Source of the DNA: Pseudomonadales bacterium
GTDB lineage: Bacteria; Pseudomonadota; Gammaproteobacteria; Pseudomonadales; Azotimanducaceae
DNA length: 64,000 bases
Direction: 5' to 3'
Assembly: GCA_963691775.1 (NCBI GenBank)
Contig: OY829369.1
Span: 2,044,480 to 2,108,479 of the forward strand
The notes beneath the pieces were generated by a model that was not told the origin of the DNA, ran no database searches, and saw nothing but the letters and a program-made list of their open reading frames with translations. Shown in pieces: positions 46,657 to 57,065 of this stretch (its first letter is position 1; the number at the start of each line of letters is the position of its first letter). The position numbers and the translations under genes were made by a program.

Positions 46657-46698
46657 CGACGGACGACGGGCGACGGACGACGGGCGACGGACGACGGG
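46657..46698. repeat. 3 x 14-bp perfect tandem repeat (cgacggacgacggg)
   Basis: Read directly. Fills almost the entire 50-nt spacer between the convergent stops at 46652 and 46703. Confidence 0.9.
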
Positions 46699-46702
46699 CG
46701 CG

Positions 46703-48094
46703 TCAGCCGACCTGCTCGCGGAGGTGGAAGGACCGCGGCCTCGTGAATGTGTCGAAGCCGAGCGCCGACAGTGATACGCCCCGGCCCGTATCCTTGGTTC
46801 CGGTCCACACAAGGTACGGATCCAGGTAGTCCGCCCGATTCATGAACACCGTACCCGTATCGATGGATTCCCCGAGGCGTTCCGCGAGGTCGATGTCCTG
46901 CGTCCAGATCGACGCGGTGAGGCCGTAGCGGCTGTCGTTCATGCGCGCGAGGGCTTCTTCGTCCGAGGCGCAGGCCATGATTCCTGCCACCGGGCCGAAG
47001 TTCTCTTCCTGCATGAGCGCCATGTCGTGATCGACGTCGACGAGCAACTGTGGCGCCGTCCAGACGCCACCCTCGGCGGCACGCGGAAAGCGCGCCGAGT
47101 CGACGAGGGTGCGTGCTCCGGCGGCCTCCGCTTCGGCGATCTGCTCCCGCACGAAAGCACCCGCTGACGGACGCAGCATCGGACCGAGCGTCGTGTCCTG
47201 CTCGCGCGGATCACCGAGCACGTACGCTTCCGTGAAGGCAACGGCGCGCTCCACGAACTCGTCCATGCGGTCGCCATGGACGTAGATGCGCTCGATCCCG
47301 CAGCAGGACTGCCCCGAATTGAAGAAGACCCCGTCCAACAGGGCCGGCACGGTCGCTTCCAGATCCGCATCGGCGCGCACCCAGGCCGGGTCCTTGCCGC
47401 CCAGTTCGAGGCCGAGGGCGATGAACTGTCCCGCAGCGGCCTGCTCGACGGCAGCCCCACCTTCCACCGAGCCGGTGAACACGCCTGCTCTCACGCGACC
47501 GCTGCCGAGCATACGCGCAGTCATCTCGTGGCCTGCGTGCAGATGCTGGAAGGCGCCCTCGGGCAGGCCCGCGGCGTCGAAGGCGCGCTGAAACTGCTCG
47601 GCAACCAGCGGCGTCTGACTGGAGTGCTTGAGAATGACGGGATTGCCGGCCAGGAGCGCAGGCACGATCGCATTCACCGCCGTGAGCCAGGGATAGTTCC
47701 AGGGCGCCATGACAAGCACCGGTCCCACCGGAAAGCGGCGCACGAAGCGGCGGAAGCCGGGTTTCTCCGGGACCTCGAGATCCGCAAGGCCCTGTTCCGC
47801 CAGCGCGCACATGGCACGCGTGCGCTCCTCTACACCGGCAAGCTCGCCCGCGCCGAAGCGGATCGGGCGACCAATCTGCAGGGCCAGTTCATCGACGAAT
47901 CGCCGTTCCTCCGAGCGCAGAGCCTCGAGAAACCGCTCCATGGCTAAGCGCCGTTCGTCGAGGGGCACGCTTCGCCAGACGGGAAACGCCGCTTCGGCCC
48001 GATCGAATATCACGCCGACCGCTGCTGCGTCGGCCAGCGGTCGCTCGCAGAAGACTTCGCCGTCGATCGGCGAGACAGCGCGGAGCACGGACAC
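46703..48094 (-). CDS. NAD(P)-dependent aldehyde dehydrogenase family protein
   Basis: Start set at GTG 48094, 5 nt after the upstream stop; 463 aa. LELGGKDP, FFNSGQSCCGIERIYV (catalytic Cys) and EENFGPV motifs. Confidence 0.88.
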   Translation of the reverse strand: MSVLRAVSPIDGEVFCERPLADAAAVGVIFDRAEAAFPVWRSVPLDERRLAMERFLEALRSEERRFVDELALQIGRPIRFGAGELAGVEERTRAMCALAEQGLADLEVPEKPGFRRFVRRFPVGPVLVMAPWNYPWLTAVNAIVPALLAGNPVILKHSSQTPLVAEQFQRAFDAAGLPEGAFQHLHAGHEMTARMLGSGRVRAGVFTGSVEGGAAVEQAAAGQFIALGLELGGKDPAWVRADADLEATVPALLDGVFFNSGQSCCGIERIYVHGDRMDEFVERAVAFTEAYVLGDPREQDTTLGPMLRPSAGAFVREQIAEAEAAGARTLVDSARFPRAAEGGVWTAPQLLVDVDHDMALMQEENFGPVAGIMACASDEEALARMNDSRYGLTASIWTQDIDLAERLGESIDTGTVFMNRADYLDPYLVWTGTKDTGRGVSLSALGFDTFTRPRSFHLREQVG

Positions 48095-48099
48095 CCGGC

Positions 48100-48501
48100 T
48101 CAGGTCTTCTCGAGGGCAGGCACGCCCTCCGGCAGTTCCACCCAGTTCTGCTTGGCGGAGCACCAGACGTTGAACTGCGGCGCGAACCCACTCGTGTCAT
48201 CGAGCGTCCCGGTCTTCAGGAAGATCTGGTCCGCCATGGACGGCAGGGCCGAATAGATCGGCGAACCGCAGTCACCGCAGAACCAGCGTTCAACGTAGTT
48301 GCCCGAGTCCGTATCGCGGTCCACGTACTGCTTGGGCGTCCCGGTAAGCGTGAATCCGGCAATCGGCACGGCGGCGAGCGTGGAGAACGCAGACCCGGCC
48401 TGCTTCTGACAGTTCTTGCAGTGGCACACGCCCATCATCGTCGGCGCCTCCGCGAGCTCGTAGCGCACGGCGCCGCATAGACATCCACCTGTTTGCGACA
48501 T
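48100..48501 (-). CDS. GFA (glutathione-dependent formaldehyde-activating / CENP-V) family protein
   Basis: Start re-placed to MSQTGGCLCGAVRYEL...CHCKNCQKQAGSAF...WFCGDCGSPI (Zn-Cys motifs); 133 aa. Confidence 0.85.
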   Translation of the reverse strand: MSQTGGCLCGAVRYELAEAPTMMGVCHCKNCQKQAGSAFSTLAAVPIAGFTLTGTPKQYVDRDTDSGNYVERWFCGDCGSPIYSALPSMADQIFLKTGTLDDTSGFAPQFNVWCSAKQNWVELPEGVPALEKT

Positions 48502-48687
48502 GGCCCAGTCCCCTCCAGACATTTCCTTTGCTGCATATTTGGGCCATGCGCCGATTCGATGCAAGACGTGGCCACGCGCTCCGGTGACACCCCCGGCGTC
48601 AGCGGCACCACCGCACGGGTCGGGCGAGCGAGGCGCTTCACCCCGGGGGCACCCGCCAAGAAGAGGCGTCTGACGCCAGGGCAGGGG

Positions 48688-49479
48688 TCAGTCCCGGACC
48701 GGCCCTCGGCGCTTCCAACCCGAATAGTCGTCGAGCGCCGCTCGATAGGGCGCGATCCTCTCCGCGTCATAGGGCTTCAGATCGACCGGGATCATCCCGA
48801 GAAAGCGGAAGCCTTCCGGGGTCGGGTCGAGCTGGGCCGCAAGGAAGCGCACGCCGGCCGCCGCAGCCGCCTCGGCCGCTGCCGCGAAAGCTGGATCGTG
48901 CAGGCGACTCGGACGCAGTGCGCGGCCGTCCGTGCGCTGGAGGACGAAGAGCACGGTGGCGCGCCAGCCGGCCTCCACGTGCCGGGCGAGCTCACGCAGG
49001 TGGCCGGACGCGCGCTCACTCACCGAGTCCGGGAAATAGGCGCGATCGTCCGGATAGACGAGATGGCAGTTCTTCACCTCTACCAGGTGATCCTGCGTAC
49101 CGCTGCGCAGCAGCAGGTCAATGCGTGAGCGCTCGCCGTAGCGAACCTCGGTCTCGAGCGACTGCCAGCGCTTCAGGCCCGGAATGAGGCGCGCCCGAAC
49201 CAGCGCTTCAGCGATGCGATTGGGCACCACGGTATTTGCGCCCACGTAGCGACCCTCAAGCTCCATCAACTCGAGCGTCCAGCGCAGTTTGCGCTTGCTG
49301 CCCTCCGGTGCCGGCGAGATCCAGACCGGCGCGCCAGGTCGCACCAGGCCTTCCATGCGGCCGGGATTCACGCAGTGCGTCTTCACGACGGTGCCGTCGA
49401 GTTCGACGTCCGCTACGAAGCGATCGTAGCGCTGCACGAAGGTGGCGCGCCGCAGCGATTGGAGATGGGGGATGAGCAC
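48688..49479 (-). CDS. sfsA: sugar fermentation stimulation protein SfsA homologue
   Basis: 263 aa with a GTG start. RRATFVQRYDRFVADVELDGTVVKTHCVNPGRMEGL and YFPDSVSERASGHLREL match the SfsA pattern. Confidence 0.85.
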   Translation of the reverse strand: MLIPHLQSLRRATFVQRYDRFVADVELDGTVVKTHCVNPGRMEGLVRPGAPVWISPAPEGSKRKLRWTLELMELEGRYVGANTVVPNRIAEALVRARLIPGLKRWQSLETEVRYGERSRIDLLLRSGTQDHLVEVKNCHLVYPDDRAYFPDSVSERASGHLRELARHVEAGWRATVLFVLQRTDGRALRPSRLHDPAFAAAAEAAAAAGVRFLAAQLDPTPEGFRFLGMIPVDLKPYDAERIAPYRAALDDYSGWKRRGPVRD

Positions 49480-49485
49480 GTCGGG

Positions 49486-50895
<1,410 letters not shown>

Positions 50896-50898
50896 GGC

Positions 50899-51438
50899 TC
50901 AGAGCACCTCGTAGTGCGCCTGCGCGCGTTCGATGAAGTCGGCCCAGTGCGGATACTCGGCCCATGCTTCTTCCGTCCAGATGGCCTCCAGATCGGCGCG
51001 AGCTTCAGACTCGGGCACCCCAAGGCGGATCGTCCGATAGAGATAGGTGAACGCTGATGCCCGAAAGTTCGCGAAGCAGTGCACGAGGGCCCGACGCTCG
51101 CCGCGCGCGTCCATGACCGCAAAGAAGAGATCCAGATCGGCGAGCGTCGGCGCCATCCAGTCGACCGGAATCTGCGTATAGCTGAGCCCTTCCTGGGCAA
51201 CGAGAAAACCCTCGTTGGCATTTCGCTCCGCATCGGCGATCGCAAGGTTCACGATCAGCCCGTAGCCCTCTGCCGCGAGCCGGGGAATCGCTTCGTCGTC
51301 CGGCTGCCCTGACGTCGAGAGCCATGTATCGACCTCGCGGAAATTGTAGATGCCCCCCTCGGGCGCATCGGTCTCGGCATGCGCCGACACCGCGCTGCAC
51401 AGGGCGATCAGCAGGGCGCAGATCCGGGTCGCGTTCAT
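50899..51438 (-). CDS. secreted protein-tyrosine/dual-specificity-phosphatase-like (CX5R) protein
   Basis: Start re-placed to MNATRICALLIALCSAVSAHA (signal peptide); 179 aa. P-loop-like HCFANFRAS (C-x5-R-[ST]). Confidence 0.65.
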   Translation of the reverse strand: MNATRICALLIALCSAVSAHAETDAPEGGIYNFREVDTWLSTSGQPDDEAIPRLAAEGYGLIVNLAIADAERNANEGFLVAQEGLSYTQIPVDWMAPTLADLDLFFAVMDARGERRALVHCFANFRASAFTYLYRTIRLGVPESEARADLEAIWTEEAWAEYPHWADFIERAQAHYEVL

Positions 51439-51560
51439 CTTGGGTCCTCGTTGCGGCTGAGCGCTGCGAACCCTACCACCGGATCGGCACGCAAAGGCGC
51501 TGGGCCCACGCGGCGCCAGCGTGCAGACTCCCGCTCGCTGCCTGCCTTGAGGATGCATCG

Positions 51561-53222
51561 ATGTCGAACCGTCTCACGCGCCGCGCATTCATGGGCGGCC
51601 TCGCCGCCGGCTCTCTGCTCCCGTGGTGGCCGGCGCTCGGCGCCAACGACGCTGCCGCGAGCCAGGCAGCCTTCCCCTGGGGGGTAGCGAGCGGCGATCC
51701 CGACGCCCGCAGCGTGGTGCTGTGGACGCGCGTCGCAAGTCCGCGCCTCGAAGCTCGGGTGACCTGGACCCTCGCGGACGATCCGGCCTTCCTCTCAGTG
51801 CGTGCCCGCGGCGAGTTACGCACGGACGTCGCACGTGACCACTCCGCGAAAGTCGTGGTGGAAGGCCTCGACGCAGGTCGCACCTACTACTACCGCTTTG
51901 CCCACGACGGCAGCGAATCCATCATCGGCCGCACGCGCACCCTGCCCCTCGGCGCCGTCGACCGCTACGGCCTCGCGGTGGTGTCGTGCTCCAACTATCC
52001 GTTCGGCCACTTCAACGCCTACGACGCCATCGCCATGGATGATGAGGTCGATCTCGTCCTCCACCTCGGCGACTACCTCTACGAGTACGGTGCCGACGAG
52101 TGGGGCAGCGAGACCGGCGCCGCTCTCGGCCGGGTGCATGCGCCGGCCCACGAGATCCTGAGTCTTTCCGACTACCGGATGCGCCACGGCCAGTACAAGG
52201 CGGAGCCGAACTCCATCCTCATGCACGCAGCCCATCCGCTCATCGCCATCTGGGACGACCATGAGTCCGCGAACAATCCCTGGACCGGCGGCGCTCAGAA
52301 TCATCAGGCGGACGAGGGCGCATGGTCAGAACGGCGCCGTGATTCCCTGAAGGCGTACTACGAGTGGATGCCCATTCGCCCGGCCGCCGATCGAGCGCGC
52401 TACTGGCGCCATTTCCGTATCGGGGATCTGGCATCGATCGTGAGCCTGGAAACGCGGCACACGGGCCGGGCGGAACAGATCGACTATCTCGCGCACCTGT
52501 CCGTCGACTCCACGGCAGAGGACATCGAGCGCTTCAGAGAGGACGTGCTCGCTGCGCCAGGACGCACGATGCTTTCGAGCGAGCAGGAAACCTTCCTCGC
52601 CGAAGCGCTGAAGGAAGCCAAGACCACCCAGCGGCCCTGGCGCATCCTCGCCAACCAGATTCCCATGGCGCGCGTGCACGTCCCGAATCTGCGCGGCGAG
52701 GAATTCGAACCGGTGCGCAGCGATCCCGAGCATCCGGAACATCGCCGCCTCGCACTGATGGCTGCTCTCGGCGATGCGGATCTGCCGATCTACCTCGACA
52801 CCTGGGACGGCTATCCCTGGGCACGAGAGCGCCTCTACGAGCAGTGCCGCACGGCTGGCGTACAGGATCTGCTCGTGCTCACGGGGGACAGCCATGCGTT
52901 CTGGCTCAATGCCCTGCATGACGCCGGCGGCGCACCGATGGGCGTCGAACTCGGGACCACCGGCGTCAGTTCACCGGGCGACTTTTCGGCCTTCGGCGCG
53001 GAGTTGAGTCCACACATGGATCGACTCTTCGAGGCCCATAACCGCGAGGTGCTGTGGACGGACAACGGCCCCCGGGGTTGGCTGCGCGTGAATCTGACAC
53101 CACAGGCGGCCACCGCCGATTTTCTCGGCGTCGATCGCGTCGACGGGCCGCAATACAACTCCTTCCTGGTTCGCCGGACGATCCTGACGCGCCGCGACGG
53201 TACGCTCGAGGTCGACGCCTGA
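51561..53222 (+). CDS. phoD: alkaline phosphatase D (PhoD-type), Tat-exported
   Basis: Start re-placed to MSNRLTRRAFMGGLAAGSL (twin-arginine signal); 553 aa. GVASGDP, HLGDYLYEY, WDDHESANN and LTGDSHAFW motifs. Confidence 0.9.
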   Translation: MSNRLTRRAFMGGLAAGSLLPWWPALGANDAAASQAAFPWGVASGDPDARSVVLWTRVASPRLEARVTWTLADDPAFLSVRARGELRTDVARDHSAKVVVEGLDAGRTYYYRFAHDGSESIIGRTRTLPLGAVDRYGLAVVSCSNYPFGHFNAYDAIAMDDEVDLVLHLGDYLYEYGADEWGSETGAALGRVHAPAHEILSLSDYRMRHGQYKAEPNSILMHAAHPLIAIWDDHESANNPWTGGAQNHQADEGAWSERRRDSLKAYYEWMPIRPAADRARYWRHFRIGDLASIVSLETRHTGRAEQIDYLAHLSVDSTAEDIERFREDVLAAPGRTMLSSEQETFLAEALKEAKTTQRPWRILANQIPMARVHVPNLRGEEFEPVRSDPEHPEHRRLALMAALGDADLPIYLDTWDGYPWARERLYEQCRTAGVQDLLVLTGDSHAFWLNALHDAGGAPMGVELGTTGVSSPGDFSAFGAELSPHMDRLFEAHNREVLWTDNGPRGWLRVNLTPQAATADFLGVDRVDGPQYNSFLVRRTILTRRDGTLEVDA

Positions 53223-53238
53223 GCCCGGTGGAGGGGAC

Positions 53239-53670
53239 ATGGACGGACAATTGGTCATCGGCATCACCTGGACCTGCTTCACGATCGGCGTCGCGACCGC
53301 GTTCATCGGCTCCATGGCGGGTGCCGCCCAGTGGTGCGCTACGCGCATGGGCCGCTGGCCGCACTGGCTGCGCGACAACCTGCTGATCATGGTGTGCGTG
53401 ATCTGGCTGCTGATGGGCGTGATTGCTGTAGCCGCCTGCTGGGCGTGGCTGTTCCTGCGCACGGACGCGCTCTCCGACGCGACCACCGCGTTCTACTTCG
53501 CCCTCGTATGCATCACGACCGTGGGGTTCGGCGACATCATCCTGCCGGAGGAAACCCGCCTCCTTGCCGCGTTCTCGTCTGCGGGCGGCTTTGTGGTGTT
53601 CGGCCTGTACACGGCCGCGATCTTCGAGGTCTATCGGAGCCTGCGCGGCACCGCTTCAGCGGACGGGTGA
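53239..53670 (+). CDS. small potassium-channel-family protein (143 aa)
   Basis: Selectivity filter TTVGFGD preceded by a pore-helix-like FYFALVCI. Three hydrophobic helices. GGAGGGG RBS. Confidence 0.8.
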   Translation: MDGQLVIGITWTCFTIGVATAFIGSMAGAAQWCATRMGRWPHWLRDNLLIMVCVIWLLMGVIAVAACWAWLFLRTDALSDATTAFYFALVCITTVGFGDIILPEETRLLAAFSSAGGFVVFGLYTAAIFEVYRSLRGTASADG

Positions 53671-53726
53671 GGTCTGGGCTTCAGAGGCTCGGCGAGGAGG
53701 ACCGGTGCTCCACGTCCCCTTCAGCA

Positions 53727-54215
53727 TCAAGGCGCAGTCCCCGAGAACACTCCCGCCCTCTCCAGCGCGCGCCGCGATGCTCGATTGCGTGGATGAAGCC
53801 CGGCGATGATCTCCTCCAGACCATGCGCCTCCCGGCCCCAGCGCAGCGTAGCTGCGGCGGCTTCCGCCACGAGCCCCCACTCGATCCGCCAAGGGGCGTA
53901 CTTGAGTTCCAGGAGCCCCTGTCCTCCAGGAGGAACGAGCCCCTCGAAACAAGCGATGACCCCGTCCGCTCGATGTTCGAGCGCGAGCATGCCCTGGCCT
54001 CGGGTGTCGCAATTGCCGACCGTGACGCCGATCCAGACATGGATTTCCGCCGCGTCAGCCGCGGAGCCATCGCCGACGAGGTACGCGGCGAAGCCGTCGC
54101 CGTAGACATCGCCTACGCGTGGGCCCGGTTGATGCGCCGGCCACGGAGGCGCTCGGCCTTGAACGACAGGTGCGCGGTCATCGACGAGGCGAGCGATCGC
54201 GCACCGAACGCCGGA
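53727..54215 (-). pseudogene. GNAT (RimJ/RimL-like) N-acetyltransferase remnant lacking a canonical start codon
   Basis: The frame is open from the thiolase stop to 53727, but the only canonical start is ATG 53990, which would give 87 aa. LELKYAPWRIEWGLVAEAAAATLRWGREAHGLEEIIAGLHPRNRASRRALERAGV is a GNAT core. The expected C-terminal G...D..LMLK..W segment appears only in another frame (GGSVLGDCALMLKGTW). Confidence 0.45.
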
Positions 54216-55412
54216 TCAGAGGACCTCGAAGAGGCCCGCCGCGCCCATGCCGCCGCCGACGCACATGGTGCAGACGACGTACTTTGCACCGCGGCGCTTA
54301 CCTTCGATGAGGGCGTGGCCAACCATGCGCGAACCGGACATGCCGTAGGGGTGGCCGATGGAGATCGCGCCGCCGTTCACGTTCAGCAACTCGTCAGGGA
54401 TGCCGAGCGCATCGCGGCAGTAGAGCACCTGCACGGCGAATGCTTCGTTGAGTTCCCAGAGGCCTACATCGTCCATCGTGAGGCCGTTCTTCTCGAGCAG
54501 TTTCGGCACGGCGAAGACCGGACCGATGCCCATCTCGTCTGGATTCGTGCCGGCAACGGCCATACCGCGGTAGACGCCGAGCGGCTCGAGACCGCGCGTT
54601 TCCGCGAGCTTGCGCTCCATGAGCACGCAGGCCGAAGCACCGTCGGAGAGCTGGGACGCGTTGCCCGCCGTGACGTGCTTGCCTTCCTTGATGACCTGGC
54701 CGTCCCTGAACACGGGCTGGAGGCCGGACAGGCCATCGGCCGTGGTGCCCGGACGATTGCCCTCGTCCTTCTCCAGGTTCACCTCAACCTCGTTGACCTC
54801 ACCGGTTTCCTTGTTCTGGAGCTTCATGACCGACGGCAGCGGGACGATCTCGTCGTCGAAGGCGCCCGCCTGCTGAGCCGCCGCGGTACGCGCCTGCGAC
54901 TGTGCCGCGTAGGCATCCTGCGCCTCACGGCTGACGCCGTAGCGCTCACCGACGATCTCGGCAGTCTCGATCATGGCCATGTACAGCGACGGCTTGTCGG
55001 CGAGGATCTGCGGATCCGGAGCCACGAACATGCCTCCGGTCTGGTTCATCGAGATCGACTCGACGCCGCCACCGATGGCAACGTCCATGCCGTCGGCGAT
55101 GATCTGCTTGGCGGCCGTAGCGATGGCCATCATGCCGGAGGCGCACTGGCGGTCGATGGATTGGCCGGCCACCGAATCGGGCAGGCCTGCGCGAATGATC
55201 GACTGGCGTGCGACGTTCTGGAACGCGGTGCCCATCTGGATCGCCGCGCCCATGATCACGTCCTCGACCTCGGCCGGATCCACCTTCGCGCGCTCGACGG
55301 CATGCTTGATGGCGTGCGCGCCCATGGCCTGGGCGGTGGTGTTGTTGAAGGCGCCCCGATAGGCCTTGCCGATCGGTGTACGGGCGGTGGAGACGATGAC
55401 GGCTTCGCGCAT
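54216..55412 (-). CDS. acetyl-CoA C-acyltransferase (thiolase)
   Basis: 398 aa. [22 protein letters not shown], active-site [25 protein letters not shown] and [13 protein letters not shown] motifs. Confidence 0.93.
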   Translation of the reverse strand: MREAVIVSTARTPIGKAYRGAFNNTTAQAMGAHAIKHAVERAKVDPAEVEDVIMGAAIQMGTAFQNVARQSIIRAGLPDSVAGQSIDRQCASGMMAIATAAKQIIADGMDVAIGGGVESISMNQTGGMFVAPDPQILADKPSLYMAMIETAEIVGERYGVSREAQDAYAAQSQARTAAAQQAGAFDDEIVPLPSVMKLQNKETGEVNEVEVNLEKDEGNRPGTTADGLSGLQPVFRDGQVIKEGKHVTAGNASQLSDGASACVLMERKLAETRGLEPLGVYRGMAVAGTNPDEMGIGPVFAVPKLLEKNGLTMDDVGLWELNEAFAVQVLYCRDALGIPDELLNVNGGAISIGHPYGMSGSRMVGHALIEGKRRGAKYVVCTMCVGGGMGAAGLFEVL

Positions 55413-55588
55413 GGCTTCCTCGCGTCTGGGGAAATTGGGTGCGGACGCCGAGCGCCCGCCCTGGCCACGGCCGGATGCGGCCGCAGGCCCAGTGTACGGA
55501 CCACGGTCTGGCGCGTCTCGCAGCGCTGCCGCGAGGTTGTTACAAGCTCAGCGCGCTCTCACAGTAGGCGCGAGAGGGAGAATCAACG

Positions 55589-57049
55589 ATGGCACGACGT
55601 CCGAACATCCTGCTGTTCATGCCGGATCAGCTCCGCGCCGACGCACTCGGCTGCTTCGGCAATTCTCTGGCGCAGACGCCGAACGTAGACCGGCTCGCGG
55701 CGCGCGGGGTCCGCTTCACCGACGCCTGGGTGAACCACCCGGTGTGCTCGCCCTCACGCGTCAGCCTCATGACCGGCTGGTACCCGCACGTACGCGGCCA
55801 CCGCACGCTCACGCACCTGGTGCAGGGCCATGAACCCAATCTCCTCGCGCAGATGCGCGCCGCCGACTACACGGTCGCGTTTGCAGGCGCCCGCGGCGAC
55901 GTGTTCGCCCCGGGGGTAATGGAAGCGAGCACTGACTTCTGCGGCTGGACCGTCAAGCCCGATCGCGCGCAGATGGGCATGGGCCCGCAGTTCCCGGAGG
56001 ACTCGCCGCTCTATCACGCCTTCTTCCACGGCCGCAGGCCGGGCGAGCAGTGGCTCGACTTCGACGAGGCGGTCACGCGCACGGCCCTAGAATTTCTTGC
56101 AGCGGCGCCGTCCGATCCATGGTTCCTGTGGATGCCGATGATCTTTCCGCACCTGCCCTTCGAGGTTGAAGGCGAGTGGCTGGACCGCTTCCACGCGGAC
56201 GCCATGCCCGCGCCGCGCCCGCCCGCAGACGGCAAACCGGCGTTTCATCGCGCGCTCCACGCGCGCGCGCACCTAGGGGAGCTCTCCCTCCCGGAGTGGC
56301 AGGAGATCATCCGCACGTACTACGCCATGACGACACGCGTGGATGCGCAGCTCGGGCGAGTAATGGCGGCGCTGGAGCGCTCGGGGCAGATCGAGAATAC
56401 GCTTGTCATCTTCCTTTCCGATCACGGCGAATATCTCGGCGATTTCGGTCTGGTCGAGAAGTGGCCCGCAGGGATGGAACCGTGCCTGACGCGCAATCCG
56501 CTCATCATGGCCGGCGCGGGCGTCGCCGAGGGACGGACCTGCGATGCGCTTGTGGAAATGATCGATCTGCTGCCGACCTGCCTCGATCTCGCCGGCACGG
56601 CAGCCGCGCACACGCACTTCGGCCGCTCGCTCGTTCCCCTCATGGAAGCGCCGGACACGACCTGGGCACGGGACGCCGCCTTCACGGAGGGCGGGTTTCA
56701 CACGTCAGATGCCCATCTATTCGAAGAAGCGGGCGGCGAATACGCCTTGAAGGCAGGGCTGCAGAAGGCGCAGCCCAAGCTCGTGGGCAAGTGCGTGGCC
56801 ATGCGCACGAAGGCCTGGACCTACGTGCACCGGCTAGAGGAAGCAGACGAGCTCTATGATCGCGCCGCCGACCCGGACGAAGCTCTGAACCTGCTCGCTG
56901 CCGAGCCCGGCGTGCACGACGCGCGCGTCGCGGAACTGCGCGCGCGCCTGCTCGACTGGCACCTGGAAACGTCGGACGTGATTCCGTGGACTGCGGATCC
57001 GCGCTTCCCGCGGATTCCGCACGGCTTCCACGCTGCGCACGACGCCTGA
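55589..57049 (+). CDS. sulfatase-family (formylglycine-dependent) hydrolase, no signal peptide seen
   Basis: 486 aa. PNILLFMPDQLRAD and the CxPxR motif VCSPSRVSLMTGWYPH, then FLSDHGEYLGD. GAGGGAG RBS. Confidence 0.88.
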   Translation: MARRPNILLFMPDQLRADALGCFGNSLAQTPNVDRLAARGVRFTDAWVNHPVCSPSRVSLMTGWYPHVRGHRTLTHLVQGHEPNLLAQMRAADYTVAFAGARGDVFAPGVMEASTDFCGWTVKPDRAQMGMGPQFPEDSPLYHAFFHGRRPGEQWLDFDEAVTRTALEFLAAAPSDPWFLWMPMIFPHLPFEVEGEWLDRFHADAMPAPRPPADGKPAFHRALHARAHLGELSLPEWQEIIRTYYAMTTRVDAQLGRVMAALERSGQIENTLVIFLSDHGEYLGDFGLVEKWPAGMEPCLTRNPLIMAGAGVAEGRTCDALVEMIDLLPTCLDLAGTAAAHTHFGRSLVPLMEAPDTTWARDAAFTEGGFHTSDAHLFEEAGGEYALKAGLQKAQPKLVGKCVAMRTKAWTYVHRLEEADELYDRAADPDEALNLLAAEPGVHDARVAELRARLLDWHLETSDVIPWTADPRFPRIPHGFHAAHDA

Positions 57050-57065
57050 GCGCCGCGCCCGGCAC

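Noticed and set aside
46657-46698. CRISPR-like or REP-like element.
   Set aside because: There are only three contiguous 14-bp units with no spacers, no dyad symmetry and no cas genes. It is a simple tandem repeat.
53331-55688. A 785-aa plus-strand ORF spanning the K-channel 3' end, the GNAT remnant and the thiolase.
   Set aside because: It is antisense to an unmistakable thiolase ([15 protein letters not shown]). The product is Arg/Asp/Ala-rich without domains, so it is a shadow frame.
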